This document shows positions 30,890 through 39,918 of a stretch of 64,000 bases of DNA, piece after piece. Location: the NCBI GenBank assembly GCA_963422645.2, contig CAXXVO010000007.1, forward strand, positions 64,001 to 128,000, written 5' to 3'. Position numbers and translations under genes: made by a program. The DNA comes from Alphaproteobacteria bacterium. Its GTDB lineage: Bacteria > Pseudomonadota > Alphaproteobacteria > UBA828. The notes below the pieces were generated by a model. The model saw only the letters and a list, made by a program, of their open reading frames with translations, had not been told where the DNA came from and searched no databases. Position 1 is the stretch's first letter; each line of letters begins with the position of its first letter.

Positions 30890-31135
30890 TCACGCCGCCT
30901 CCGCCGGAGCCGGCGCAACCATCCGGTAGAGCCAGATGCGCTGCCCGCTCGCCGGGCTCGCGATCTGGCGGCACACGATATCCGCCCCGCCGGCCCGCAA
31001 CTCCGCGACGCAAGAGTTGACCGCGCATACCCCGGCCCTGGTCGCGATGTCCAGCGTCGAATGCTCCGCACCGTCCGACAGCACGGCATGCACCCGTTGC
31101 AGCCGAGCCGACCGGTCCAGCCGTGCCGCGTGCAT
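30890..31135 (-). CDS. Small winged-helix-like phage protein
   Basis: RLQRVHAVLSDG.EHSTLDI....VCAVNSCVAELRAGG. Confidence 0.6.
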   Translation of the reverse strand: MHAARLDRSARLQRVHAVLSDGAEHSTLDIATRAGVCAVNSCVAELRAGGADIVCRQIASPASGQRIWLYRMVAPAPAEAA

Positions 31136-31196
31136 CAGGCAGACTCCACCCGCACCGGCACCGACGCGACGAGGCCCGGGAAACGCCGCCGGCGCA

Positions 31197-31601
31197 TCAT
31201 CCCATCCCCCCTTCCAGGCCGTCGCGCTCAACCACGCGACCGTCAATCTTGCGAACCAGGCGGGGGTCGCTCAGCCGGCCGCCCCGCCCGGGCGGGGCGA
31301 GGCCGAGGCGCGCCGCCCGAAGACGCCTGGTCTTCGCGATGTTCGAGAGGTCCGAATAGCGCCGACGGTCGCGTTCGCGCCCGAAGGTCTTGAGGTGGTG
31401 ACAGTGCTTGTGGATCGGGTACGCATTCGGGCCGTCGTCGTCCACCCCCCCGAACCACAAGGGAACCGCATGGTCGATCTCGAAAGGTTGGTCAGGCTCG
31501 ATCGCCTCGTGACACCAGCCGCAGATACCGCCGCCCGCTTCGAAAATGCGAAGACGCCGGGCCGCGCCCATCGAACGGCGCTTCGTCGCAACCACGCCCA
31601 T
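31197..31601 (-). CDS. HNH endonuclease
   Basis: CGWC...EIDHAVPL..GG.D...N...HKHCH..KT. Confidence 0.85.
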   Translation of the reverse strand: MGVVATKRRSMGAARRLRIFEAGGGICGWCHEAIEPDQPFEIDHAVPLWFGGVDDDGPNAYPIHKHCHHLKTFGRERDRRRYSDLSNIAKTRRLRAARLGLAPPGRGGRLSDPRLVRKIDGRVVERDGLEGGMG

Positions 31602-31888
31602 CACGCCGCCTCCTTCCCCGACGCCGCCTCCGCAGAAGGCGAGCCCGGCGACGCCGCAGGGCGCGGAATGTCGGCAGGCCACGGCGTGCCGAAGGGCCAG
31701 TGGTCGCTGAATTGCTGGAAGATGTGGTCCCGGCGCCGGATCGTGAGACCGGCTTCGTCACTCTCGAGACGCCCGAACAGACTGCCCTGGCCGGCGATCC
31801 GCAAGCTGACGGTGCTCAGCGCGTGGCTCTTGGCAGCGGCGTAGGCACGTGCGAGGCGGAGGATCTGGGCGACATCATTGGTTTCCAT
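31601..31888 (-). CDS. Cro/Ner-like small DNA-binding protein
   Basis: Divergent from the repressor; LSTVS.RI.GQG.LF.RL and FSDHWP...WPADIPRP. Confidence 0.7.
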   Translation of the reverse strand: METNDVAQILRLARAYAAAKSHALSTVSLRIAGQGSLFGRLESDEAGLTIRRRDHIFQQFSDHWPFGTPWPADIPRPAASPGSPSAEAASGKEAA

Positions 31889-31967
31889 ACCAATCACCGT
31901 ATTGGCACAGGAACCAACTGTCAACAGAAGATTTGCGCTTTCATCAAGATGTTGGTATTTGTGCCAA
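31878..31967. promoter_or_regulatory. Lysis/lysogeny switch: three TTGG-N8-CCAA operators and a leftward promoter
   Basis: Operators at 31878-31893, 31902-31917 and 31952-31967; minus-strand TTGACA (31924-31919), 17-bp spacer, TACGGT (31901-31896). Confidence 0.75.
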
Positions 31968-31968
31968 T

Positions 31969-32844
31969 ATGCCTGACACAGATGATCTTCTTAGTTTGAT
32001 CGAAGGGCGGCTGGTGGAAAAAGGAATGTCGCCTGCCGCCGCATCACGTAGGGCCGTAGGAAATCCATATCTGATATACAATCTCCGCAAGAAGGGGTTT
32101 GATCCCAAACTTGGGACGCTCAGGGGACTGTGCAACGCCCTTGATCTTGAACTTTACGTCGGCCCGCCGCGCGCTGATGCAGTCCCTCACGATGCCGGCC
32201 CCGGGACACAAGACACGGGCACTGGCGGCCTGCCGCCGGCCTCCCTACGCGATATAGAGACCGGGGCGCAGACCTTGAATCGGGCTATCGCGGACGCCGG
32301 CGGCAATCCGATCCCGGATGACCTGTGGCCGGTTTTGATGGAGCGGCGGGGGATTGCGGCGGTCGGGGCACTCGACACCCCTGTCGGCGAGGCGCAGCCG
32401 GATTCTACGACAGCGGCGAACGACGATGTGCTCGTGCCTTTTGCCCGTGACGTGCGCGCGGCGGCGGGCTCGGGCGAGATGGTGTTCGAGGAGGAGGCCG
32501 ATCTTCACATCGCGATCCCGCGCTCGCTCCTGCCGCCCTGGATTCGCCCGTCCGGCCTGATCGGCCTTCGGGCTGCGGGGGATTCGATGGAGCCGACCCT
32601 GAACGACGGGGATGTGATCCTTCTGGATCGGAGAGGCGCGGAGCCTATCGACGGGCAGGTGTTCGTGATCCACACCGATGACGGTCTGGTAGTGAAACGC
32701 CTGCGCGAGGAAGATGAGGGGTGGGAGATGACCAGCGACAATCCTGTCTATCCGTCGCGGCGCTCGAGAGAGTCGGATCGTGTGGTGGGCCGGGTGGCAT
32801 GGTCGGGGCCGCTGCGGACGACCGAGGCGCACGGCGGCCGATGA
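31969..32844 (+). CDS. CI-like repressor (HTH plus S24 peptidase)
   Basis: N-terminal HTH; AAAGSG cleavage site; GDSMEPT; VVKRL; VVGRV. Confidence 0.9.
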   Translation: MPDTDDLLSLIEGRLVEKGMSPAAASRRAVGNPYLIYNLRKKGFDPKLGTLRGLCNALDLELYVGPPRADAVPHDAGPGTQDTGTGGLPPASLRDIETGAQTLNRAIADAGGNPIPDDLWPVLMERRGIAAVGALDTPVGEAQPDSTTAANDDVLVPFARDVRAAAGSGEMVFEEEADLHIAIPRSLLPPWIRPSGLIGLRAAGDSMEPTLNDGDVILLDRRGAEPIDGQVFVIHTDDGLVVKRLREEDEGWEMTSDNPVYPSRRSRESDRVVGRVAWSGPLRTTEAHGGR

Positions 32845-33083
32845 CCCGCGAGACCCGGCATGTCGTGCAGCCGTACAGGGCGGTCAGGCGCCGCCTGGTT
32901 CCGGCGGATCCGTTGCCGGTGCGGAACGCCCCGGTGGCGCGGGCGCGGGCGGAGAAGCTGTTTGCGACGGGCCGTTACGCCGGGGTGGACGCCTATACGG
33001 TCACAGCCGACGAGGATGCGGGCGAGTACGCCGAGCCGGTGTTCCATGTGCGGCTCGGCCGGGTGCCGGAGGTCGAGGAGTGA
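32841..33083 (+). CDS. Hypothetical protein
   Basis: ATGA overlap with the repressor; coupled to the next gene. Confidence 0.6.
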   Translation: MTRETRHVVQPYRAVRRRLVPADPLPVRNAPVARARAEKLFATGRYAGVDAYTVTADEDAGEYAEPVFHVRLGRVPEVEE

Positions 33084-33508
33084 TTGGACGCGTCGCGATC
33101 GTCGCGGGCGCTGCCGTACTGCTTGCCGCCCCGGCCCATGCCGGGGATTACGCCTGGCCTGTGGTGCGCGTGATCGACGGTGACACGGTGGCGGTCGACG
33201 CCTCCGCAGACCTACCGCCCGAATTGGCAGACTTGAGGGTGAGGCTGCGCGATGTAGACACGCCGGAGAGGGGCGGTCGTGCGAAGTGCGAAGAGGAGCG
33301 TGCGGCGGGTCTGGCGGCGACGGCGTTCACGGCGGGAGCGGTTGCCGAGGCATCGAGCGTCATCGTGCGCGATCCTGAGTGGGGCAAGTGGGGCGGGCGT
33401 GTGGTCGCCGATCTGATGGTGGACGGGCGCTCGCTGTCGGCGGCGCTGATCGCGGCTGGGCATGGGCGGGTCTATGACGGCGGGAAGCGGCGGGGGTGGT
33501 GCGAATGA
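33080..33508 (+). CDS. Thermonuclease (SNase-like) with signal peptide
   Basis: Hydrophobic leader ending AHA; VRVIDGDT, RVRLRDVDTPE, KWGGRVVA. Confidence 0.88.
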   Translation: MIGRVAIVAGAAVLLAAPAHAGDYAWPVVRVIDGDTVAVDASADLPPELADLRVRLRDVDTPERGGRAKCEEERAAGLAATAFTAGAVAEASSVIVRDPEWGKWGGRVVADLMVDGRSLSAALIAAGHGRVYDGGKRRGWCE

Positions 33509-33726
33509 GCGATGAATCCCACAACAAGGTTGAGCACCTGAAAATGATTCAGGACGTCACTGCCCGCTTGGCGGGAAACAGCGTCCAAATGAAGACTTGG
33601 GCCGTCGCGTTGGTCACTTCAGTTTTCGTCTTCTCAGGTCTGTCCCAGGATCCCCACTGGTTGATCGCCGTCGGCGGGGGCGTTGCGGTCGTTACATTCT
33701 GGCTGTTAGACGCCAGATATCTGTAT

Positions 33727-34777
33727 ACCGCTTATGCACATGGCTCCGGTCGCGAGAGTTTGCCACCAGATGTTGAGGTTGAGGTTAGGGCGGGAGAACG
33801 GGTAGAATGTTGCCTATACGTTCCTGCCGACGGAGCCACCACATGAAACAGGTCGCCGACAGCCTCCTCGCCTTCCAGCACATGTTCCCGGACGATGACG
33901 CCTGCGCCGCCTGGCTGATCGAAATGCGCTGGCCGGACGGCTTCGTCTGTCCCGCGTGCGGCCATGAAAAGGGATGGGCGCTGCGCAGAAAAGCACACAC
34001 CTTCGAGTGCGCCGGCTGCCGCCGGCAGACCTCGGTGACGGCCGGGACGATCCTGCACGCCAGCAAGCTGCCGCTCACCGTCTGGTTCTGGGCCGCCTAC
34101 CTGATGGCGACCCACTCCAACGGCATCTCTGCCCTGCAGCTCCAGAAACAGCTCGGTATCGGCTCTTACCGCAGCGCTTGGCTGCTCGCCCACAAGCTGC
34201 GCGCCAGCATGGTCGACCCCGAGCGCAACCCGTTGTCGGGCCTGGTGGAAATCGACGAGGCCAGCCTTCCATTCCGGACCAAAGACGATCCTCCCACCGG
34301 AGGGCAAGGACGCAGCCACGACGGCAAGATGCTCATCGTCGGCGCCATCGAACTGGGGGATGGAACCATCCCGGGCCGCCTGCGGCTGGCCGAAATCTCC
34401 TCCTACGGCGCCGCCGACCTCGGACACTTCGTCGAAACCGCCGCCGATCCCGACGCCATCGCGAAAACCGACGGCTGGTCCGGCTACGCTGCGGTCCCCG
34501 CCGATCGCCACAATGTCCATGTCGTCGGGAAGACCGCCGCTCACCTCGTCCTGCCGTGGATCCACCAAGTCTTCTCCAACCTCAAAGGATGGGCGCGAGG
34601 CGTCTACCACGGGCTGCGCCGCAAGCATCTGCAGGCCTATCTCGATGAGTTCGCCTTTCGCTTCAACCGCCGCAAAACCCGCCACGCTGCTTTCCGCTCG
34701 CTCTTCCGCATCGCCACCAATGCAAAACCCCTTACCTACAGCATGTTGATCGAACCGGAGCCATGTGCATAAGCGGT
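33727..34777 (+). mobile_element. IS1595-family element, copy 1 (1051 bp)
   Basis: 24-bp inverted repeats ACCGCTTATGCACATGGCTCCGGT; 8-bp duplication ATCTGTAT. Confidence 0.95.
33843..34772 (+). CDS. IS1595 (ISXO2-like) transposase
   Basis: RWPDGFVCPAC zinc ribbon, VEIDE, TDGW, YLDEFAFRFNRR. Confidence 0.95.
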   Translation: MKQVADSLLAFQHMFPDDDACAAWLIEMRWPDGFVCPACGHEKGWALRRKAHTFECAGCRRQTSVTAGTILHASKLPLTVWFWAAYLMATHSNGISALQLQKQLGIGSYRSAWLLAHKLRASMVDPERNPLSGLVEIDEASLPFRTKDDPPTGGQGRSHDGKMLIVGAIELGDGTIPGRLRLAEISSYGAADLGHFVETAADPDAIAKTDGWSGYAAVPADRHNVHVVGKTAAHLVLPWIHQVFSNLKGWARGVYHGLRRKHLQAYLDEFAFRFNRRKTRHAAFRSLFRIATNAKPLTYSMLIEPEPCA

Positions 34778-34990
34778 ATCTGTATATCGAAAGATGCTAC
34801 AGGGCACTCTACCGTGATGTCGCTGCCGGAAAATCCACCAAGCTTTTCGACATGGGCTATAGCTCTTATGCCAACTCTGTCGATTCCATATGGAGAATCA
34901 TAAGATCTTGGTCAGTCTGTTTGTTCTACGGACCTCTTTTGGCTGTACTGGGTGCTCTCTTTTTCGTCATTGTCAAAACAGGAGGATGTC

Positions 34991-35525
34991 ATGACACGTA
35001 GGGTCTTCTATAGCTTTCATTACAGTGCTGATGCTTGGCGCACTGCGCAGGTGAGGAACATCGGCGCAATCGAAGGCGATCAGCAATCATACGACAACGG
35101 GTGGGAGAAGACTAGGAGAAATAGCAGAGATCAAACGCTGGATCGCAGGCCAGATGAAAAGACGAACCTGTACGATTGTTCTTGTCGGTTCTTGTACGGC
35201 AGACCGGAAATGGATCAACTACGAAATCGTGAAATCCTGGGATGATGAAATGGGAGTTGCCGGGATACACATCCATGGCCTGAAGGATCAATATGGTCAG
35301 ACCTCTGCCAAGGGGAGTAACCCGTTTGATCGCATCCCGCTTCAAGACTTTGGAGAAGAGTTTTCAACCGCTGTGAAATGCTACGATCCGCAAGGTGGAA
35401 CCAGTGAAGAAAGATATCGTTGGATCGAGTGCAACCTTGAATCGGTCATCGAGAAGGCAATTGAAATCAGGAAAGAATATTGTCGGACCGACCACCTTGT
35501 TGATTCGATCGTCAATCAGGAATAG
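34991..35525 (+). pseudogene. ThsB-like TIR-domain protein (DUF1863/MTH538 family); frameshift at about 35110-35125
   Basis: RVFYSFHY..D.WR..QVRNIG; in the second frame IKRWI..QM....CTIVLVG..TA.RKWINYEI..SW and GSNPF. Confidence 0.88.
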
Positions 35526-35608
35526 ACATTAACTTGCGCGAGAAAGCGGTGCCGATGTGGAACGACCTCCGGGGGTGAACTAGTCTCACAGACGGAGGAG
35601 TGCTTTCG

Positions 35609-36442
35609 TCAATTCGAGATCAGCAGCTCTCCGGCTCTCCGCGTGGCCTTTGCGTTGGCGGAGTATCGGGTTTCCACGGCTTCGATCCGGAAGCCCCTGA
35701 ACGTCTCCCGCGTCTCGGGCGTGTCATTCAACGACAGGATGAACCGCCCTTTCAGCCTGGCGAGCATCGCGGCCATGCGCCCAAAATCCTCCCGTGAGAA
35801 CAGTCCCTTGCCGTAGTCGTTTTCGTGCCCGAGGTATGGCGGATCGATGTAGAACAGCACGAACTCCCGGTCGTATCGCTCGAGGAACACGGCCCAGTCG
35901 AGGCGGTCGATATGGACGTGTGCGAGGCGCCTGTGGGCGGCCTCGATCAGCCTGCGCATGCGGGCCGACGAGAACCTTGCCCTGTGGTGGGGCGTGACCA
36001 TGCCGGTCTGTCCGGGGGTGGCGTCGGTTGCGGGTTTTCCGCCGAAGGCGTTGGTCTGGAGGTATGCGAACCTGGCGGCCCTCTGGATGTCGGTGAGGGT
36101 ATCGGGGTTGACGGCGCAGAGGCGTCGGAACTCGGCTCTTGAGGATGAGGCCCAGTCGAACTGCCGGGCCAACTCCTGCGGATGTTCCCTCACCATCCTG
36201 AAGAGGTTGACGACGTCTCCGTTGATGTCGTTGACGATCTCCGCTCTCGGTCGCTGGCACCGTCTGAGGAACACGCCGCCCATGCCGAGGAAGGGTTCGG
36301 CGTAGCATTTGTGCGGGATCGCCTCGATGCGCTCGATGATGCGGGCGGCGAGGTATTTCTTGCCGCCGAACCAGGGCGCGAGCGGCGTTGCGGGCTCGAC
36401 GGCCTCGAGGGCTTCCGGTGCGCGGCCCGAACGACTCGACAC
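35609..36442 (-). CDS. D12-class N6-adenine DNA methyltransferase (phage Dam-like)
   Basis: WFGGK, YAEPFLGMGGVF, NDING, FYIDPPY, ELLISN. Confidence 0.93.
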   Translation of the reverse strand: MSSRSGRAPEALEAVEPATPLAPWFGGKKYLAARIIERIEAIPHKCYAEPFLGMGGVFLRRCQRPRAEIVNDINGDVVNLFRMVREHPQELARQFDWASSSRAEFRRLCAVNPDTLTDIQRAARFAYLQTNAFGGKPATDATPGQTGMVTPHHRARFSSARMRRLIEAAHRRLAHVHIDRLDWAVFLERYDREFVLFYIDPPYLGHENDYGKGLFSREDFGRMAAMLARLKGRFILSLNDTPETRETFRGFRIEAVETRYSANAKATRRAGELLISN

Positions 36443-36448
36443 GGGGGT

Positions 36449-36570
36449 CGCCTCCCACGATCATGCTCCCGCCCCGTGCGGGGTGGCGGGACGGCCACAG
36501 CTGGGCCGGTTGCGGTCGTGGGAGGCGTTATCTCCCGGTTCGGGATGTTGTGAGCATCCCGTCCCCCGCC
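36449..36570 (-). promoter_or_regulatory. Structured leader of the methylase with an anti-Shine-Dalgarno sequence
   Basis: Multi-hairpin region at 36485-36570; 36516-36527 is the exact reverse complement of 36449-36460, which holds the GGGAGG ribosome-binding site. Confidence 0.6.
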
Positions 36571-36737
36571 CCGGCCCCCCGGATACCCGGAACAAGTCCG
36601 GGGGCAGGCTCTTCCGGACGGCCTTCGGGCCGTCCGGGGCGTGGGTTCGAGACGGATTCCAGCACATTTTGCGGCTTTCGTTCAGGGGACCATGGTCCCC
36701 TGACGCGGTTTCCGATTGTGTGCCTATATTCGGCCCC

Positions 36738-37967
36738 ATGAGCGCATTGGACGGCTGGATCGACGTTTGCCGGACGGGGACCTGGACCGACCTGTCGGGG
36801 CGGGAGGTCCTGCTTGGCGAGGACGATCTCGAGCGTGTCGCTGCGGCCTACGGTTCTGCGGACCCTGCGCCCGTTGTTGTGGGCCATCCGGAGACGGACG
36901 CGCCGGCCTGGGGCTGGGTTGACGGCCTGCGGCAGGTGGGCGACCGGCTTCAGGCGAAGCTGCGCGATATCGCGCCGGCGTTCCGGGAGGCTGTCGAGGA
37001 GGGGCGCTACGCCATGCGCTCGGTCGCTCTCAACGGCGACACGCTGGTTCACCTCGGCTTTCTGGGTGGTCGGGCGCCTGCGGTCGACGGCCTTGCGCCG
37101 ACGCGGTTCTCGGGTTCTGCGGACCGGACGATCCTTCTGGCGGCGTCGGACCTGGCGGACTCGGAGCGCTGGGCGTGGGGGGCGGTACGGCGGACGCTCA
37201 GGCGCCTGCGCGACTGGGTAATCGAGCGCGACGGCGTGGAGAAGGCCGATGCGCTGATCCCGGAATGGGATATCGAGGCGATCGGCGAGCACATGGATGC
37301 GTCCGATACGCCGGCGACGCTCGCCGGCAATGCGGGCGCGGCGGCGGCCCGCGAGGCCGTCAGGCGGATGTCCGATACCGTCAACCGGATGTTGGATACC
37401 TACGGCGACACCGGCGGCGGCGCGGACTCTCACGACACCGGCACCATCGACGACGACACGGAGGAGGGCGCGATGCCCGACGAGGACAAGGAGGCCAGGC
37501 TGGCCGCGGAGCGTGAAGAGCTGGCTGCCGCCCGCGCGGCGCTTGCGGCGGAGAGGGCGGCGCACGAGTCGGCGGTCGCTGCGGCGGAGCGCCTTGCGGC
37601 GGCGGATGAGGAGATCGAGGGCCATGTGAAGGCGGGGCGTGTGCTTCCGGCGGAGGGGCCGCGGCTGTCGGCCCTTCTGGCGTCGCTGCCGGACGACGAC
37701 GCCGGCGAGACGCGGCTGGCGTTCGCGGCGCCCGGCGCGGGCGAGGTCCGGGAGACCCCGCGAGCGGCGCTGGCCGGGTTCCTGGGCGGTCTGCCGAAGC
37801 GTGTGGACTACACCGAGCGTGCGCCGGACGGGGACGCTGCGGCGGAGGAGGCGCGCGATCCGCACGCGCTTGCGTCCCGGGCTCGGGCGCTGATGGCGGC
37901 GGATGCGACGGGGAGCATGACCATCGCCCAGGCGGTGCGCCGGGCGGCGGCGGAGAACGCGGGATGA
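36738..37967 (+). CDS. Mu gpI-like head maturation protease/scaffold
   Basis: IDVCRTGTW.D, APVVVGHP, PAWGWV, HLGFLG...PAVDGL; coiled-coil C-terminal half with a probable internal start at 37473. Confidence 0.88.
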   Translation: MSALDGWIDVCRTGTWTDLSGREVLLGEDDLERVAAAYGSADPAPVVVGHPETDAPAWGWVDGLRQVGDRLQAKLRDIAPAFREAVEEGRYAMRSVALNGDTLVHLGFLGGRAPAVDGLAPTRFSGSADRTILLAASDLADSERWAWGAVRRTLRRLRDWVIERDGVEKADALIPEWDIEAIGEHMDASDTPATLAGNAGAAAAREAVRRMSDTVNRMLDTYGDTGGGADSHDTGTIDDDTEEGAMPDEDKEARLAAEREELAAARAALAAERAAHESAVAAAERLAAADEEIEGHVKAGRVLPAEGPRLSALLASLPDDDAGETRLAFAAPGAGEVRETPRAALAGFLGGLPKRVDYTERAPDGDAAAEEARDPHALASRARALMAADATGSMTIAQAVRRAAAENAG

Positions 37968-38542
37968 ACGAATATCTTCTGACGAAGAACTTCGCTGCGG
38001 CTGGCGCGATCGGCGCCCACCGTATCGTCGCCGTCGGCGCGGCGGCCGGGACGGCCGCCCGGGCGGGGGCGGAGAACGCTCCGCTGCTCGGGATCGCCGA
38101 CGAGCTCGGTGCGAAGGGCGGCGCCCGGGTGGACGTGCATCTGGCCGGCATCGCGCCGGTCGAGGCGTCCGGGGCCTTCGACAGCGGCGCGTCGCTCGCT
38201 GCCGATGCCGACGGCAAGGCGGTCGCGGCCGCGCCCGCGAGCTACAGCGCCGTCGTCGACGGCGCCGCCGCCAACGGCGACATCGCAGTGGCGGGCCTGC
38301 TCAAGGCGACCGACAGGCTGACGGCGGTCATCGAGCTGGCCTCGGACGGGGCGGCGGTGGTGCCGCGCACCGCCGCCAGCAGCGTCCACGGCGACGGCGT
38401 GATCCGCTGCACTCAAGGCACCGCCAACAAGAAGCTGCTGGTGCTGTGGGATCGCCGGATACAGGCGGTCGGGCGCGCGCTCGGGGCCGCTGCGGCCGAC
38501 GGCGACATCGTCCCGGTGCTGATCGCGCCGGCGACGCTCTAG
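37964..38542 (+). CDS. Putative capsid decoration/cement protein (DUF2190-like)
   Basis: Between protease and capsid; Ala/Gly-rich; AADADGKAV and GRALGAAAADGDIVPVLI. Confidence 0.65.
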   Translation: MNEYLLTKNFAAAGAIGAHRIVAVGAAAGTAARAGAENAPLLGIADELGAKGGARVDVHLAGIAPVEASGAFDSGASLAADADGKAVAAAPASYSAVVDGAAANGDIAVAGLLKATDRLTAVIELASDGAAVVPRTAASSVHGDGVIRCTQGTANKKLLVLWDRRIQAVGRALGAAAADGDIVPVLIAPATL

Positions 38543-38557
38543 GGGAGGGATCGAGCC

Positions 38558-39502
38558 ATGCCTGACAACATTCTCTCGACCTACCCGGTCGATTACGAGC
38601 GGACGGCGATCGCCGTCGGCTATTCCAACCCGGCCTATATCGCCGACGAGGTTCTGCCGCGTGTGACGGTGGGCCGCAAGGAGTACCGCTACACCGAGTA
38701 TCCGATCGGCGAGAGCTTCACGGTTCCGGACACGCGGATCGGGCGGCGGAGCGCGCCGACGATGGTTCACTTCACGGCGAGCGAGAAGCCGGGGGCGTGC
38801 GAGGACTACGGCCTCGAGGACGCGATCCCGGACGACGACGTGCGGAACGCGCCGCCGGGTGCGGCGAACCCGGTCGACCGCTCGACCATGCGGCTCACGG
38901 ACCTCTTGATGATCGCCCGTGAGAAGCGCGCCGCGGACCTGGTGTTCGACAAGGCGAAGTACCCGGACAGCAACAGGACGACGCTGGCGGGCAACGACCG
39001 GTGGAGCGCGGACCACGCCGACAGCGACTCGATCGACGACATCGTGGGCGCGATGGAGGGGATGGTGGTTCCGCCGACGCATCTTCTGCTGGGCAGCGCG
39101 GTGTGGCAGAAGCTGCGGACCCACAAGGTCGTCCTGAAGGCGCTGAACCGGAGCGAGGGGGACCGGGGGATTGCGAGCCGCCAGGCTGTGGCGGACCTGT
39201 TCGACCTCCAGGCGCTCGTCGTGGGCCAGACCTGGATCAACTCGAAGGCGCGCGGGCAGGACGCGGTGCTGGCGCGGGTGTGGGGCAAGTCTGCGCTTCT
39301 GTTCCGGCGCGACCCGAACGCGGATGCGAGCGGACCGCCGACGCTGGGGATCACGGCTTCCTGGCGGGGGCGCGAGGTCCGCTCGGGCTTCGACGCGGCG
39401 ATCGGCGCGCGGGGGGCGCACCGCATCCGGGTGGTGGACAGCGTGGAGGAGCGGATCGTTGCGCCTCTGGCGGGCTATCTGTTCGACGCGGCGGTCGCGT
39501 GA
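38558..39502 (+). CDS. Major capsid protein
   Basis: 314 aa; TAIAVGYSN..YIADEVLPRV, REKRAADL, C-terminal AGYLF..AV; position in the head operon. Confidence 0.85.
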   Translation: MPDNILSTYPVDYERTAIAVGYSNPAYIADEVLPRVTVGRKEYRYTEYPIGESFTVPDTRIGRRSAPTMVHFTASEKPGACEDYGLEDAIPDDDVRNAPPGAANPVDRSTMRLTDLLMIAREKRAADLVFDKAKYPDSNRTTLAGNDRWSADHADSDSIDDIVGAMEGMVVPPTHLLLGSAVWQKLRTHKVVLKALNRSEGDRGIASRQAVADLFDLQALVVGQTWINSKARGQDAVLARVWGKSALLFRRDPNADASGPPTLGITASWRGREVRSGFDAAIGARGAHRIRVVDSVEERIVAPLAGYLFDAAVA

Positions 39503-39918
39503 TGGACTGCATCGGCGACACCCGCGGCTGCGTGACGTGGCGCGTGCTCTCGCCGCTTCAGGTCGGGCGCGTGCGGCACGAGCCGGGGGCGGAGGTCGCG
39601 CTGCCGCTCTCTGCCGGCGAGATCGCCGTGCTGATCGAGCGCGGCATCGTCGCGCCGGCCGCAGATGCCGGCGACGACGCCGGAACCGGGACCGCCACCG
39701 GAACGCCCGCCCCGGCAGGCGGCGCGGGGGAGGGCCGCGAGGCCCGCCTCCTCGCCGCCATCGCCGGTCTGGAAGAGGGCAACCCGGACCACTGGACGCA
39801 GGACGGGCGTCCCGAGGTTCGGGCGCTCAAGGCGGCGACCGGCCTTGCCGATCTCACGGCGGCCGGGCGCGACGCGGCGTGGGCGGCATATCGGGAAGCA
39901 CGGGAGGGAGCGGAATGA
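39502..39918 (+). CDS. Mu gp35-like head-associated protein
   Basis: Follows capsid; C-terminal WTQDGRPEV.AL....G...TAA.RD.AW motif. Confidence 0.6.
   Translation: MDCIGDTRGCVTWRVLSPLQVGRVRHEPGAEVALPLSAGEIAVLIERGIVAPAADAGDDAGTGTATGTPAPAGGAGEGREARLLAAIAGLEEGNPDHWTQDGRPEVRALKAATGLADLTAAGRDAAWAAYREAREGAE

Larger units (their letters stand above)
27368..30893 (-). pseudogene. LmbU-like HTH regulator split by IS21 (parts 30479-30893 and 27368-27927)
   Basis: WHLGDW..HGE..W, TLY..A.VARRF, RRAGVSFSSHAEVAAL, GWPRERV|REAVR; reads in frame across the 6-bp duplication. Confidence 0.75.
33505..35001 (+). pseudogene. Multi-TM membrane protein (candidate defence effector) interrupted by IS1595
   Basis: HLKMIQDV.ARLAGNS..MKTW, TM segments, FWLLDARYLY|IERCYRALY; rejoins in frame when the IS and one 8-bp duplication are removed. 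Confidence 0.8.
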
